Shown one piece after another: positions 11,225 to 21,098 of a stretch of DNA of 64,000 nt. The stretch covers positions 1,152,001-1,216,000 of the forward strand of contig OY970309.1 of assembly GCA_963716395.1 (NCBI GenBank), given 5' to 3'. The position numbers and the translations under genes are program-made. Within the stretch, counting starts at the first letter, position 1. Each line of letters opens with the position of its first letter. Origin of the DNA: an uncultured Fibrobacteria bacterium (GTDB lineage: Bacteria; Fibrobacterota; Fibrobacteria; UBA11236). Below the pieces are notes generated by a model. The model searched no databases and had not been told where the DNA came from. It saw nothing but the letters and a program-made list of their open reading frames with translations.

Positions 11225-11571
11225 AGCCGTCGCTCCCGGCGGCCCCGCGCGGGCAGGGAGAAGTCGCGCCGGATCGCGAGGCGTCGACCGACACCCTGCC
11301 CCAACCCGCCGCGCCTTTCAAAGTGGTGCTGTTCAACGACGAAGAGCACACGTATGATTATGTGGTGGAAATGCTGACGCAGGTGTGCAAATTGTCGCGG
11401 GAGAACGCCTTTCGCTGCGCCGTCGAGGTGGATCTCACCGGTCGCACCATCGTGTATTACGGGTCGCATACCGAATGCGGGGCGGTCTGCGCGCGGATTC
11501 TGGTTTTCGGTCCCGATCACCGCCTGCCGCAAAGCATGGGATCGATGAACGCCGAGGTTCAAGGGCATTGA
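11221..11571 (+). CDS. clpS: ATP-dependent Clp protease adaptor ClpS
   Basis: KVVLFNDEEHTYDYVVEML and AVEVDLTGRTIV motifs. Confidence 0.85.
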   Translation: MKPSLPAAPRGQGEVAPDREASTDTLPQPAAPFKVVLFNDEEHTYDYVVEMLTQVCKLSRENAFRCAVEVDLTGRTIVYYGSHTECGAVCARILVFGPDHRLPQSMGSMNAEVQGH

Positions 11572-11737
11572 ACCCGACGGCCGATTGGAACTTCTTGAGG
11601 TGAGGCGTGTTTTTAGCAGGAAAAGAAAATTTTACCCTTAAGGCTTACACAAAATTTTTCCCGCGCTTGGGCTTGCCAATACTTTCAGTTGTTATTTTCC
11701 CCCACAGTTACCACAATATGTTGGGTAGGAGGTCGCT

Positions 11738-12103
11738 TTGAAAAACATCACCAAGCAAGACCTTATCCAAGAGGCGTCCAAGTCGAGCGGACATTCCCAA
11801 ACCGAAACCCGTGCCGCAGCGGAGCAGTTCATGAAGGTGATCTCCGAAATGCTGTACGACGGGAAGTGCGTTGAAATCCGCGGCTTCGGAACCTTTTACA
11901 CCAAGGAGCGCAAGCCGCGTCCGGCGCGCAATCCCCGCACCGGCGAAGTCTGCCCGCTGGGCCGGCGCCGCGTGGCCCTGTTTCGGTTTTCACCGGACGT
12001 GCGCCACCACATCCATGAGCTTCCCGAACTGCAAGAGGCGCTGGGGATGCCCCGCGACGTCGAAGTCGAAGACGCTTTGACGGGCGCCCGCGAACTGGGT
12101 TAA
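11738..12103 (+). CDS. HU/IHF family DNA-binding protein with C-terminal extension
   Basis: ITKQDLI...VEIRGFGTF...RPARNPRTGE; GGAGG RBS before the TTG start. Confidence 0.9.
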   Translation: MKNITKQDLIQEASKSSGHSQTETRAAAEQFMKVISEMLYDGKCVEIRGFGTFYTKERKPRPARNPRTGEVCPLGRRRVALFRFSPDVRHHIHELPELQEALGMPRDVEVEDALTGARELG

Positions 12104-12165
12104 CCGCCGCGTTTCCCATGGGTTTCGCGCGTGCCCCCGCAGGCGCGAAATGATACACTCGCTGC

Positions 12166-13509
12166 GTGGCGCCGGCGCCCCGCGTTGTTTTCATCGTCTG
12201 CTCATTGCTGGCCGGCCGCGCCGCCCAGGCACAGCCTCTGTTTTTCATCGGACGCGCCGACGCCGCTTTACAGGGCGCTTTTTCTTATGAGTTTCTGCGC
12301 TCCCCCCTGGATTATCCGGCCGGGCAAGGCCAAGTCGTCGCCGATTTCAATCTGCCGGTGGATGCGGCTGGCGGCACACAGCGCTGGATCGGCCGGCTTT
12401 TCGATTCCAGCGTCGTGGTGCCTTCGCTGTTCGGACGCGTGCAGCAAGTTCTCAACGCCGGCATTTCCGCCTCGGCGCCGGTGGGCCCGGGCGTGTTGTT
12501 TTTCGCGGCCGGCGAAAACGCCAGCCTGCGCGTCACCGCCGCATTGGGTGACGCCACCTTCGCCCTCGATACCACGCTGAGCGCCGGAACGGTGCGGCTC
12601 AAGGGCAGCGTCTATTTGCCGCTGCTTTTCGACGTGCACTGGCGTTCGATGACGCTGGGCTATGCCTGGCAGCCCGCCGACTGGCTGCGGGTGGGATTCC
12701 AGGTGCACCGCCACGAGGTATTGGCTTCGGTGGGCGGCGATTTGAGCCCGGATCTTGCGGGAAGAGTGGAAACGTCGGGGTTGGCTTTCGACGTACAGTA
12801 CACTTCCGATCAGGTCTTTGGTAACGCCGACGGTACCTATCGCGGGGTGGCCTACAACCCGGAAATGGCCGTACAGGCCGGACCGGTACGCGCCGTGGCG
12901 CGCCTGCCGGCTTCTTTAAAGGCCACCGGGCAGATGGTGATGAACTACCAGGTGCCTTTTTTCATCGATGCCGAAACCTTTCAACCACAAATCACCCAGG
13001 CCGATTCCTTCCTGACCCCGGCCAATCTGAGCCGCCTGCTCAACGGCGAAACCAATGCCCGCACCTGGGTGTTTCGCGATCCGCTGCGCTTCACCCTGCC
13101 CGGCAGCGTCACCCTGGCCCTGGAACTGTGGCGAAACCGGCTGGAGCTTTCTTACACCAAAATCTTTGGTTCGCTCGGCGTCGCATCCGAAGCCTCGCCC
13201 GCCGACACCGATGCGACGGCCCTGCATTCGCAGGGATATCTCGACGCTGCGGTGGCCGCCGACAATCTGTTTCTCCTGCGCTGGGAAACGGCGTTTTTCC
13301 ACGGTTGCCTCGGCCTGCATTCCCTGAACCTTTCCTACCGCAACCAAGCCAACCTGTTGTCGGGATATTCGCCATGGGAATGGGACGGCGATCCACTGGC
13401 ACCCGTGGTGCAATTCGGATTCTTATGGGGCGACCCTTTGCAATTCCACCTGGACTTCGACATCACGCCCGTGCCCGCTTTGCGCACAGGTGTGGGGTAC
13501 CGCTTTTGA
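12166..13509 (+). CDS. Putative outer-membrane beta-barrel protein
   Basis: Signal peptide, alternating beta-strand pattern, C-terminal GVGYRF. Confidence 0.65.
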   Translation: MAPAPRVVFIVCSLLAGRAAQAQPLFFIGRADAALQGAFSYEFLRSPLDYPAGQGQVVADFNLPVDAAGGTQRWIGRLFDSSVVVPSLFGRVQQVLNAGISASAPVGPGVLFFAAGENASLRVTAALGDATFALDTTLSAGTVRLKGSVYLPLLFDVHWRSMTLGYAWQPADWLRVGFQVHRHEVLASVGGDLSPDLAGRVETSGLAFDVQYTSDQVFGNADGTYRGVAYNPEMAVQAGPVRAVARLPASLKATGQMVMNYQVPFFIDAETFQPQITQADSFLTPANLSRLLNGETNARTWVFRDPLRFTLPGSVTLALELWRNRLELSYTKIFGSLGVASEASPADTDATALHSQGYLDAAVAADNLFLLRWETAFFHGCLGLHSLNLSYRNQANLLSGYSPWEWDGDPLAPVVQFGFLWGDPLQFHLDFDITPVPALRTGVGYRF

Positions 13510-13516
13510 GGAGGGT

Positions 13517-16500
13517 ATGCAGCGTTTTGCCGCCGCCTTGATCTTGGCGCTGCCGCTGCCGGCCGCCTGCGGCGCCCTGCTGTTTCTGCAGGCGCCGCCC
13601 GCCGAGGTGTTGTCGGATTCGGCGGTGACGCTTTCGCTGGCTCCGGCTCCGGGAACCTCGGCGGCGTTGGATTCTTGCGGGGTCTATACCGCACCGGTCT
13701 CATTGGGGGCCACGCTCGGCGGGCGCTTGGCTTTGTCCGAGGTCGTGGATGCGGCCGTCGCGCAGCCGCCTTCGCTGCAACTCACCTTCACGCCGGCGGC
13801 CGGGGCGCAACTTTCGCTCGGCGTTCACTATGTGATCGCCGCTTGTCAGGACGGAGCGGCCCTGTCCCCGGAATTCCCCCTGCGCGTGGTCACGGCCGCC
13901 GCCCCGGTCATCTTGACCCCGCAGACCCAGGACGTTTCGGCGCGGCCCGAGATTTCCTGGACGCCGGTTCCCGGCGTTCCCGCGTACCATCTGCTGCTCT
14001 CCGATCAGCCCTTGCACATCGACGCGCAGGCGGGCACGGTTTCGGGCGCCAGCATCATTTGGCAGGCCATCGTGTCAGGAGATCACATTTTGTACGGCGA
14101 TCCCGATCCTTCCGGAAACTTTTCCCAAATCGAGGCTCCCCCGCTTTCGGCCGGCGTGCCATACAATCTCGCCATTCTCAACAATTACGACGGCGTCAAC
14201 CCGCTCAACACGTCGACGCGCGCCGAAGCCTTGAAGTTTTTCACTTATTCCGCGGCGGGCTCTGCGCTTTCGCCACCGCGCTGGTTGGCCCCGGCGGCGG
14301 GCACGGCCTTCGCGGCCCCGCGCGACAGCCTCCTCACTTTTCGCTGGACCTCGTCTTCGGCCGCGGGTCAAAACGCCAACACCTATCAAATCTACGTCTA
14401 CGCCTCGGCCTCTGAAAACGGCATCGCGATTTTGCGCCCGGTATGGCAAACCGAAACCACCGACACCACGGCGACCTTCGCCCCGGCGGGCGTGCTGCTG
14501 CCGGGGAATTACGTCGACAAGGTGTTTGCGCTGTCTTCCGGATCCGCAGCGGGCAGCGTCAGCGACACGAGTTTTTTCAGCTATGCGGCGGCGGTGCAGA
14601 CCCTGCAATTGGGGGCGCGCACGGTGGCGGCTTCCGGCGATACCATGCGCCTCGCCAATGTGCGCGTCACGGTGGCGGCGCTCGATGGGTCGAACTCATC
14701 GCTGCCTTTGTACACCTTGGCTTCGGGGTGGTTGAGTACGGACTTCGCCCTGGGGCAATACCGCGCGACCTTCGCCGCCGACGGTTACCCAAGCGTGGTG
14801 CTCAACGTATCGCTGACGGGCGGTGCCGCCGTGACCCTCGACCCGGTGCTCGCGGCCGCACGCTGCCGGGTGACGGGTTCCGTGGCCGACGCCTCCGGCC
14901 CGTTGGGGAATGCAACGGTGACGGCGATCGGAGCCGATGGTTCCCCCGTGACGGCGCACAGCGACGCCCTGGGAAATTTTTTACTCGGTCTTGCTCCCGG
15001 CCCCCTGCGTTTGGCTTTCACCCAGGACGACTACGACGAAACCGACACGGCCCTGACCGTGGCCGAAGGGCAGTCGGTGAACCTCGGGATGGTGACCCTG
15101 CATCCGTCGGCAGCCTCGCTGTCGGGCCTGGTGCGCACGCCGGCCGGCGTCCCGATTGTCGCGGCCGAAGTGGACCTCGAAGACACCACGGGCGCGGCCC
15201 TGCGATCCTTGACCACCGACGGCCAGGGTCTTTTCAACCTGTTTATGCCCCGCGGCGTTTACCGCGTGGCCGCGTCGCGAACCGGCTACGCCTCCGCGAC
15301 GCAAACAGTTTCGCTGACGGCCGCGGCCAACCTGGTGTTCAACCTCACGCCCGGCGCCTCGGTGATCAATGTTCACGTGACCCAAATCACGAAATTGCCG
15401 AACGGCGACAGCATCGCGGCCGATTTGCCCGGAGCGACGGTTTCGCTGCGATCCGTGTCCGGCGGTGCGGCTAACTCCGGCCTCACCGACGCCAACGGTG
15501 CGGCCGCGTTGTCGGCGGCAGACACGGGTTGGTATTGGTTGTCGGGATCGCAGGCCCAGACCTATGCCGATTCGGTCCAGGTGCACGTGGCGCTGGCCCC
15601 GTCGACGGTAACGGGTCGGTTATCCTTGCTGCGGTACGCCTCGGTGTCGGGACGGTTGCGCCTTTGGCCCGACACGACCGTCGATCCGGCGCGCCTGCAA
15701 ATCTCGCTGCTGCCCACCGGAACCGGTGCGGCGATCACCGGATCCCCGGTGGCTGCCGCCCCGGCCGACAGCTTGGGGCGTTTTGCCTTTGACCTCGGCC
15801 ACGTCGCCGCCGGAACCTATACCGTGACCTGTGGGTTACCCGGTTATGCGCCCGATTCCGAACCCGTGATCGCCGTGGCCCGGGGCCTGGGCCCCGACAC
15901 GTTGCAGTTGACTTTGCGCATAACGACGTCGCAGGCGGCGTTCCAGTTCCGCCGTGGGGCCGCGATCTTGCCGGGAACCGTGCGCCTGCGGTCGCCTTTT
16001 CCTTCCACCTTCGCGGCCGATCAGAAGCAGACCTTGGGAGCGGGCGCCTATCTCCTCGACGCCGAGCCGCAAGACACCACGGCCCTGCCCCTGCGGGCTT
16101 ACTCCGTGCTGGTGTCCGGCCCCGGACCCTTCGACACCACGGTGGCGCTCCCTTTCCCCGCTTGGCGCGACTCCGGTGCCCTGATGCAGGGCGGCCGCGT
16201 GCTGGTGCCCTACCATCTCGACACGGCGGCCGATGCGGGTTCCGTGGCTTATGCCGCGGCTGCGGGGAAATGGGACACCCTGGTCCTGGCGTCGTCGCAG
16301 CTCCGCGCCGGTATGGATACGGCGGTGTTTCCCGCGCCGCCGCAAGGCGGATGGCTGCAATACGCGCTCGACTTGCGCTTCGGCAACCGCGACTACGGCC
16401 AAGGGGCGACGGGTGCGCCCTATCGCATCGCCGCTCCGCGCGACACGGCCTTGGCCGTTTTGACCGTGGCCGAGGGTGACTCGCTGCTCCTGCCGGACGG

Positions 16501-17836
16501 CGCCGACGGCCGCATCACTGTGCATGCCTGGAGCGCAGCCGGCGACGAACTCGACGCCGGAGTGCTGCGGACCGGCACGGTGACGGCGCGGTTATCCGCG
16601 GGTTTTTCCGGAAGCCTTTCGTCGTGGCAGGGCTTGAGCGGCACGGTGCACGCCGCCGTGCCGGTTCCCAAACCCGGCGCCGTCGCGGCCACGGGCTGGG
16701 ATAGCCTGTATGTTACCGTCACCTACGCGAATCACCGCGCGTCGCTCCCGGTGCTGCTGCGCGGCGTGGCGCTGGCCGTGAACCGCCTGGCGCTGACTTC
16801 GCTGGGCGGCGGTCCGGATTTTTCCCGGCCACAACCCGTGCCCCTGCACGTGTCGGCTTTCGACACCACCACCACTCCGCCCACCCTGCTGGCGGCCAAT
16901 CCCGAATTCGCGGTGGAACCGGCGGAAGCGGGCGCGGTGCGCAACGGATCGCTGCAACTCGACAGCACCTTCCTCGGCCCGGTGCGCGTAATCGCGCGCC
17001 AGGCCGGGCCAAACGGAGCCTTGCAGGCCGAATTGTTTCCCAATCCCGATTCGTTGCAAAGCGGCCTCAATGTGGGCCAGAGCTTGCAGCCCGGCGCAGG
17101 AATACACCGCTTTCATTACACCCGCGAGGTGGAAGTGGTTTGCCCCGACAGTCTTTTTCCCCAAGGCGGGCTGCTGCGGCTTTTTCCCCATGCCCTGGCG
17201 CGTACCTTCGCCAGTCTGCCCACATCGGCGCTGCAAAACGGATTGGCCTACGAACTTTCCAACCCGAAGGGGACGGCTCTGGGCGACTCCGTCGAAATCC
17301 GGTTAACGCCGAACGCGGGATTTTCGGGCTACGCCGCCATCCGGCGTTTCGACGCGGCGCAATTGCAGTGGTTCGAGGTTACCGACACCGGCAGCGGAGC
17401 GGCGAACGGATACGGCTTGCCCTATGCGGCGGCCCGCGTCGGCGGACTCGACGGACAGTACTACGGTCTGTTCGCAGCCTCGCCGCCGCTCGGGCTGGCC
17501 GATTTCGAAGTCATTCCCAACCCCTTTTCGCCGCGGGTTACGGCCGTGCGCGACGGCAACAACCGGCCCGGCGCGCGCATTCTCTTCACCCCCGAAGCCG
17601 ACAGTAGCTCGGAAGTGACGGTGACTCTGCGCATCTACAACCTGGCCAATGAACCCGTGCGCACCTTGATCAATTACCAGACCTACCCCAAAACCCCGTC
17701 CGAAGTTTACTGGGACGGCCGCGACGACGACGGCCGGCGCGTGCGCAATGGGCGCTATCTGCTTTCGGCCATACTGACCCCGACGGGCGGCGGCAAAACG
17801 CGCTGCCTGGTGAAACCCATCGTGGTATTCGAATGA
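13517..17836 (+). CDS. Large secreted protein with repeated carboxypeptidase-regulatory/TTR-like domains and C-terminal FlgD-Ig-like sorting domain
   Basis: Signal peptide; repeated G.V.D...L..A.V...TD..G.F units; C-terminal PNPFSP...IYNL...VRTL...WDGRDD.G..V.NG.Y. Confidence 0.8.
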   Translation: MQRFAAALILALPLPAACGALLFLQAPPAEVLSDSAVTLSLAPAPGTSAALDSCGVYTAPVSLGATLGGRLALSEVVDAAVAQPPSLQLTFTPAAGAQLSLGVHYVIAACQDGAALSPEFPLRVVTAAAPVILTPQTQDVSARPEISWTPVPGVPAYHLLLSDQPLHIDAQAGTVSGASIIWQAIVSGDHILYGDPDPSGNFSQIEAPPLSAGVPYNLAILNNYDGVNPLNTSTRAEALKFFTYSAAGSALSPPRWLAPAAGTAFAAPRDSLLTFRWTSSSAAGQNANTYQIYVYASASENGIAILRPVWQTETTDTTATFAPAGVLLPGNYVDKVFALSSGSAAGSVSDTSFFSYAAAVQTLQLGARTVAASGDTMRLANVRVTVAALDGSNSSLPLYTLASGWLSTDFALGQYRATFAADGYPSVVLNVSLTGGAAVTLDPVLAAARCRVTGSVADASGPLGNATVTAIGADGSPVTAHSDALGNFLLGLAPGPLRLAFTQDDYDETDTALTVAEGQSVNLGMVTLHPSAASLSGLVRTPAGVPIVAAEVDLEDTTGAALRSLTTDGQGLFNLFMPRGVYRVAASRTGYASATQTVSLTAAANLVFNLTPGASVINVHVTQITKLPNGDSIAADLPGATVSLRSVSGGAANSGLTDANGAAALSAADTGWYWLSGSQAQTYADSVQVHVALAPSTVTGRLSLLRYASVSGRLRLWPDTTVDPARLQISLLPTGTGAAITGSPVAAAPADSLGRFAFDLGHVAAGTYTVTCGLPGYAPDSEPVIAVARGLGPDTLQLTLRITTSQAAFQFRRGAAILPGTVRLRSPFPSTFAADQKQTLGAGAYLLDAEPQDTTALPLRAYSVLVSGPGPFDTTVALPFPAWRDSGALMQGGRVLVPYHLDTAADAGSVAYAAAAGKWDTLVLASSQLRAGMDTAVFPAPPQGGWLQYALDLRFGNRDYGQGATGAPYRIAAPRDTALAVLTVAEGDSLLLPDGADGRITVHAWSAAGDELDAGVLRTGTVTARLSAGFSGSLSSWQGLSGTVHAAVPVPKPGAVAATGWDSLYVTVTYANHRASLPVLLRGVALAVNRLALTSLGGGPDFSRPQPVPLHVSAFDTTTTPPTLLAANPEFAVEPAEAGAVRNGSLQLDSTFLGPVRVIARQAGPNGALQAELFPNPDSLQSGLNVGQSLQPGAGIHRFHYTREVEVVCPDSLFPQGGLLRLFPHALARTFASLPTSALQNGLAYELSNPKGTALGDSVEIRLTPNAGFSGYAAIRRFDAAQLQWFEVTDTGSGAANGYGLPYAAARVGGLDGQYYGLFAASPPLGLADFEVIPNPFSPRVTAVRDGNNRPGARILFTPEADSSSEVTVTLRIYNLANEPVRTLINYQTYPKTPSEVYWDGRDDDGRRVRNGRYLLSAILTPTGGGKTRCLVKPIVVFE

Positions 17837-19392
17837 AACGCGCGCATCCGGTTATTTCTCCGCCGGCGGCGGGCCTTCCGAGCCTCGGCGTCCGACTCCT
17901 GTGCCTGGTGTTGGGTTGCGCCGGAACTCCGGTTCGGGCCGTCGCTTCGCAATTACCGGTGCTGATCGCGCCGCCGGTGCAGACGACGGATCCGGTTCCC
18001 GCAGGCTTGCAGGCGGCCCTGATTTTGGGCGCGGGCCAAACCGGCCGCTATGCGGCCTTTGCGGTGGAAGCGCGTTTGTCGGCGGGGAAGCTACGCCCCT
18101 GCTTTGACCCGCGCTGCGCCGAGCGCCTGGCGCGCAAAACCAAGGCCGACGCCGTACTGCTGACATCGCTGCGCCGCGCTCCCGATGGCAGGCTGCGTCT
18201 TAGCCTGGTGCTGTATGTTCCGGCCGCGGAGCATCTACGCGCCTTGCGGCGCCTCGCGACTCTCGACAGCTTGCCGGCGGTGGCGCGGGCGGCGGCCGCC
18301 GATTTGACCGCGGGGCGAAACGTCGAGGCCGAAGGCCGGTGGGAGGATGTTTCCTGGTTGTCGCCGCGTGATTCCACGCATTACGGGCGCTTCGTGCGCT
18401 ACGGTTTGTTGGCCGCGCTGGCGGCCGCGGGCGGCGTGGCCCTGGCGGAAGAACAGCAGCGCGCCGATCCGGTTTCGGCGTCACCGCTCGCCCTGGCTCC
18501 CGATTCGGGGTCGGAATCGGATTTGCGCGGGTTTTTCGCCTCGCCGCCGCTGGACGCGCGGGCACAGGGCTTGGGCGGCGCGGGCGCAGGCCTCATGCCC
18601 GAAGCCTTGGCCGTGCTCAATAATCCGGCGGCGCTGGGCCTACTCGAACATCCCGACGTGGTGCTGGCCCACAGCCAGGCGGCCGACGGCTCGCCGCTTT
18701 TGACCGCGGCTTTCGCCGCGCCGACTTCGGGGTCGTGGAGCCAGGGCGTCGCCCTGCATTATGCCGGCGACGGATTGGAATCGGAAGCGACCTTAGGTTG
18801 GGCCGGCGCCTATGACGCGGGGTCGTGGACCGAAGCGCTGGCGGGCGTGTGGTTCGGGGCCGCCGGCAAGCTGTACCTGGCCCAGGTGGGCGAAGAGGGC
18901 ACGGGCCAGGACCGCGCGCGTGGCCGGGTTACGGGACTCGGGCTGGATGTGGGCGCGGTGGTGCCGTTGGAAGAGCGGCTAAAGGTATCCTTCATGTTCC
19001 GGGATCTTCTGAGTTTCCTGTGGGAGCGCGACGATTTCACCAACGGAACCGCGTCCGAGGTTTTGCCCCCGGAGTTTCGCGCCGCCGCCGCGGCCACGGC
19101 GCCGGGGGAGCTGCGGTTTTTTCTCGAAGGCGACCGCGGCCTGCCCGAGGCTCCCGTACATATCCGCATCGGCGCCGAAAAAACGCTTTACCGCATTCTC
19201 GCAGCGCGGGCCGGATTTCACCAGGTGTTCGGCGCCCAATCGGTGCGCACCCTCACGGCCGGATTCGGCATCGACACGCGCGGCCTGCGAGCCGCCCCGG
19301 CGTTGTCGGTGGAATTCGCCTTTGAATACGGTTTGGGCGACGAACAGGACTTGGTTTCCGGGCAAGAGTTTTCGCTGGAGATGCAATTCTAG
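17833..19392 (+). CDS. PorV/PorQ-like outer-membrane protein with N-terminal extra domain
   Basis: ARAQGLGGAG...NNPAAL motif, G.GLDVGA, IRIGAE...LAARAG, C-terminal Phe. Confidence 0.65.
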   Translation: MKRAHPVISPPAAGLPSLGVRLLCLVLGCAGTPVRAVASQLPVLIAPPVQTTDPVPAGLQAALILGAGQTGRYAAFAVEARLSAGKLRPCFDPRCAERLARKTKADAVLLTSLRRAPDGRLRLSLVLYVPAAEHLRALRRLATLDSLPAVARAAAADLTAGRNVEAEGRWEDVSWLSPRDSTHYGRFVRYGLLAALAAAGGVALAEEQQRADPVSASPLALAPDSGSESDLRGFFASPPLDARAQGLGGAGAGLMPEALAVLNNPAALGLLEHPDVVLAHSQAADGSPLLTAAFAAPTSGSWSQGVALHYAGDGLESEATLGWAGAYDAGSWTEALAGVWFGAAGKLYLAQVGEEGTGQDRARGRVTGLGLDVGAVVPLEERLKVSFMFRDLLSFLWERDDFTNGTASEVLPPEFRAAAAATAPGELRFFLEGDRGLPEAPVHIRIGAEKTLYRILAARAGFHQVFGAQSVRTLTAGFGIDTRGLRAAPALSVEFAFEYGLGDEQDLVSGQEFSLEMQF

Positions 19393-19429
19393 CACCGGTC
19401 TCCATTCACCCGCGATGGGCTGGAGCTGT

Positions 19430-19450
19430 CGGGCCCTTCGACAGGGCCCG
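19430..19450. repeat. GC-rich hairpin (possible terminator or degenerate REP-like palindrome)
   Basis: CGGGCCCT-tcgac-AGGGCCCG downstream of the 12166-19392 operon; no U-tract. Confidence 0.4.
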
Positions 19451-19515
19451 GCGAAAACCGAGCCCGCCGAAGCGCGCGGCCAGGCACAACGACGGCTTGT
19501 TAAACTTCCCGGGGT

Positions 19516-19992
19516 ATGCTACCGGCGCAAACCGAAGCGTTTCTTGCCGATTATCTCGGATCGGAGCATTTTCTTTTTGTCGATCCGGGCTTGAAAGAAT
19601 CTGCCGAATCCGTGTTGCGCGCTTTCTTTTCCTCGGCTGCAAACCGCGGAGCCGGAACGCTGGAAGCGTTGACGGTCAAGGCGGCCGAAGCTGTGCTCAT
19701 GCAGGATTTGGGTCGGCTCGATTTGCCCGCAGCGGCCAAACGCGCCGTGCCCGATTTGCTCGGGGGTTTTTTCGGGTATTTGCACGACACCGGCCGCTAT
19801 CCCGCCGCCGGAGCCTGGCGCGAATGCGTGGAGGCCGCGGCGCCGCGCTTTTGCCGCGCCTTGCGCGACGATGGCAGCGTGCGCGGCCAGACCTTCAAGA
19901 AACAATACACCGACGTGGGGCGCAACGATCCCTGCCCCTGCGGCAGCGGCCGAAAATTCAAGAAGTGCTGCGGACCCCTGCTCGGGGTGTAG
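19516..19992 (+). CDS. SEC-C metal-binding domain protein
   Basis: C-terminal [19 protein letters not shown]. Confidence 0.85.
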   Translation: MLPAQTEAFLADYLGSEHFLFVDPGLKESAESVLRAFFSSAANRGAGTLEALTVKAAEAVLMQDLGRLDLPAAAKRAVPDLLGGFFGYLHDTGRYPAAGAWRECVEAAAPRFCRALRDDGSVRGQTFKKQYTDVGRNDPCPCGSGRKFKKCCGPLLGV

Positions 19993-20073
19993 CCGCCAGG
20001 TTACCTACGCCGGGTGCGGGCAAGTTCCAGCGTGGCCGGGGCCGCCGGCCGGGAGGATTGTACTTTTCGCCGC

Positions 20074-21066
20074 ATGCCCGACGCCGCCGGCCCCGATGAA
20101 CCGCTGCTGCGCGTCGAAAACCTGTCACTGGGGTTCCGCAACGGCGACCGTATGGTTCCGGTTACCGAGGGCGTAAGCTTTGAAGTGCGCCGGGGCGAAG
20201 TGTTCGGCCTGGTGGGTGAATCGGGCTGCGGTAAAACCGTGACCTGCCTGGGGCTGCTGCAACTGCTGCCGGGCGGCGCCGAAGCCGTGATCTCCGGACA
20301 GGCCCGATTTGCAGGTCGCGATTTGCTACGCCTGCCCCCGGAGGAAATGCGCGCCGTGCGCGGCGCCGAAATCGCCATGATTTTCCAGGAACCGTCGGCG
20401 GCCCTAAATCCTCTCTTGCCCGTCGGCCGCCAATTACGGCTGCCCTTTCGCTACCACCCCTTCGCCGGCGACCCCGATGCCCGCATCGCCGAGCTGCTCC
20501 GGCGCGTGGGTTTTTCCGAACCCGGCCGCGTGCTGCAAGCCTATCCCCACGAGCTGTCGGGCGGCATGCTGCAACGCGTGCTCATCGCCCATGCCCTGCT
20601 GCTGCGGCCCCGGCTGCTGCTGGCCGACGAACCCACCACCGCCCTCGACGTCACAGTGCAGGCGCAGATTCTGGATCTTGTGGCCGAACTGCAGCGCGCC
20701 TCCGAATTGAGCGTGATATTAATCACCCATAATCTCAATCTCGTGGCCCAATACGCCCATAAAGTGGCGGTGATGTACGCCGGCCGCTTGGTCGAAGAGG
20801 CGCCGGTAGCGGCGTTTCTGGAACGGCCGCTGCACCCTTATGCGCAGGGGCTGTTGCGGGCCCTGCCCTCGCCGCGCAGTGGCGAACCGCTGCAACCGAT
20901 TGCGGGCACCGTGCCGCCTCCGGATCGCTATCCCACGGGCTGCCGTTTTCGCGATCGTTGTCCGCGGGCCTTCGACCGCTGCGCTCTCGACCCCCCCTGG
21001 ATCCGGGTGGAGGCGGAGCATCGCGTGGCCTGTCACCTCTTCGGACCCGGCGCTCCGGACCTCTGA
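20074..21066 (+). CDS. Oligopeptide/dipeptide ABC transporter ATPase (OppD/DppD type)
   Basis: GESGCGKT, YPHELSGGM, DEPTTALDVT motifs and C-terminal C.F..RC...C. Confidence 0.92.
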   Translation: MPDAAGPDEPLLRVENLSLGFRNGDRMVPVTEGVSFEVRRGEVFGLVGESGCGKTVTCLGLLQLLPGGAEAVISGQARFAGRDLLRLPPEEMRAVRGAEIAMIFQEPSAALNPLLPVGRQLRLPFRYHPFAGDPDARIAELLRRVGFSEPGRVLQAYPHELSGGMLQRVLIAHALLLRPRLLLADEPTTALDVTVQAQILDLVAELQRASELSVILITHNLNLVAQYAHKVAVMYAGRLVEEAPVAAFLERPLHPYAQGLLRALPSPRSGEPLQPIAGTVPPPDRYPTGCRFRDRCPRAFDRCALDPPWIRVEAEHRVACHLFGPGAPDL

Positions 21067-21098
21067 TTCGCCGGCCGGAAAAGGTCGTCTTTTGCCGA

